DNA of 64,000 nucleotides from Octopus sinensis (Eukaryota), in contig NC_042997.1 in the NCBI RefSeq assembly GCF_006345805.1, positions 163,928,001-163,992,000 of the forward strand, in the 5' to 3' direction. The number at the start of each line of letters is the position of its first letter. The first letter of the stretch is position 1. Shown in pieces: positions 63,360 to 64,000 of this stretch. The notes beneath the pieces were generated by a model. That model was not told where the DNA came from and searched no databases. It saw only the letters and a program-made list of their open reading frames with translations. The position numbers and the translations under genes were made by a program.

Positions 63360-64000
63360 TGCCTGATGTCATTAATATTCCTTTTAAACTATTACTTGTC
63401 AACAGCTACAGGGGAAAACATGAGCAAGAAGATTCCAAAGGGCCAATGCTCTGATCAGAAAGGATTCAACATAGAAGTTACTGTGGGATGAGAGGGGACA
63501 TTGGACACAACAATGTTGACAAGAGGTGAAATGAAGAATGGTACAAGGAGTGCCTGAATGGTGGAAGTATGAATCCAACCAGCTCTGAGGAACAGAGGCC
63601 AATAGAGTTGTGATAGAAAAGATAAAGGAGATAATATAACTGTGTGTCAGAAGCTGATATGTGTCCATTAGTGATTGGTCAAGATGTATGTGTGCATAGC
63701 AGTAGTAATATCACAGATAAGTGAGTAATATTTCATAGTGAAGGGTGTCAAATGCTGCTGGGAGTCAAAACATTTTCTGGTCCTGAAGAGAAGGCCAGTT
63801 TTTGGGATGTAGTCATAATTATGGTAAGCAAGGGCTTATGCCTGGAGAGAGATTCTTGGTGACAATGGGGCCTAGCATCTGGAGTGACCGTGAGGATTCC
63901 AACTGAATGTTGCTAATGTTCAGTGGAGTTGTATGATATGACAGTATTTTCTTCATAGGAGTACTGTTTGAGCTTTTTTGTTGGGAAAAGAGAAGCAATG
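63360..64000 (-). mobile_element. CR1/L2-group LINE RT C-terminal fossil (same type as 59450-59900)
   Basis: LFRTRKCF, FYHNSIGLCSSELVG, SFLIRALALWNLL motifs. Confidence 0.7.

Overview
AT-rich, microsatellite-dense animal genomic DNA. The SINE/RTE-LINE repertoire resembles Octopus (coleoid cephalopod); this is inferred from repeat content, not shown directly. The only host coding sequence I can support is two small minus-strand phase-0 exons (61566-61631 and 8410-8511). Neither is represented in the ORF track in its true minus-strand frame. They join in frame to RTALHRAASYGNIDHVKMLIKQ|GSNISIPDSEGKTPLHWAASSRDPTAVSCVKVLL, colinear with the ankyrin-repeat region of inversin (INVS/NPHP2). The window is therefore mostly one 53,054-nt intron plus parts of the flanking introns. 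It is filled with transposon remains: many RTE-clade LINE 3' fragments with (GAT)n tails, two R4/Dong-type LINEs in (TAA)n tracts, CR1/L2-like, I-group and Penelope fragments, a full-length dead mariner nested in an RTE, piggyBac- and hAT-type MITEs, a non-autonomous Helitron, Tigger fossils and at least four tRNA-derived SINE families. Most ORFs in the track are microsatellite or TE artefacts. The most notable unexplained structures are a variable-copy 67-bp array in the RTE 3' UTR whose units each fit a compact H-type pseudoknot, locally templated insertions inside SINEs, fold-back hairpins and inverted repeats (possible ADAR substrates), and two stop-containing cassette-exon candidates. I see no evidence of a new multi-gene system.
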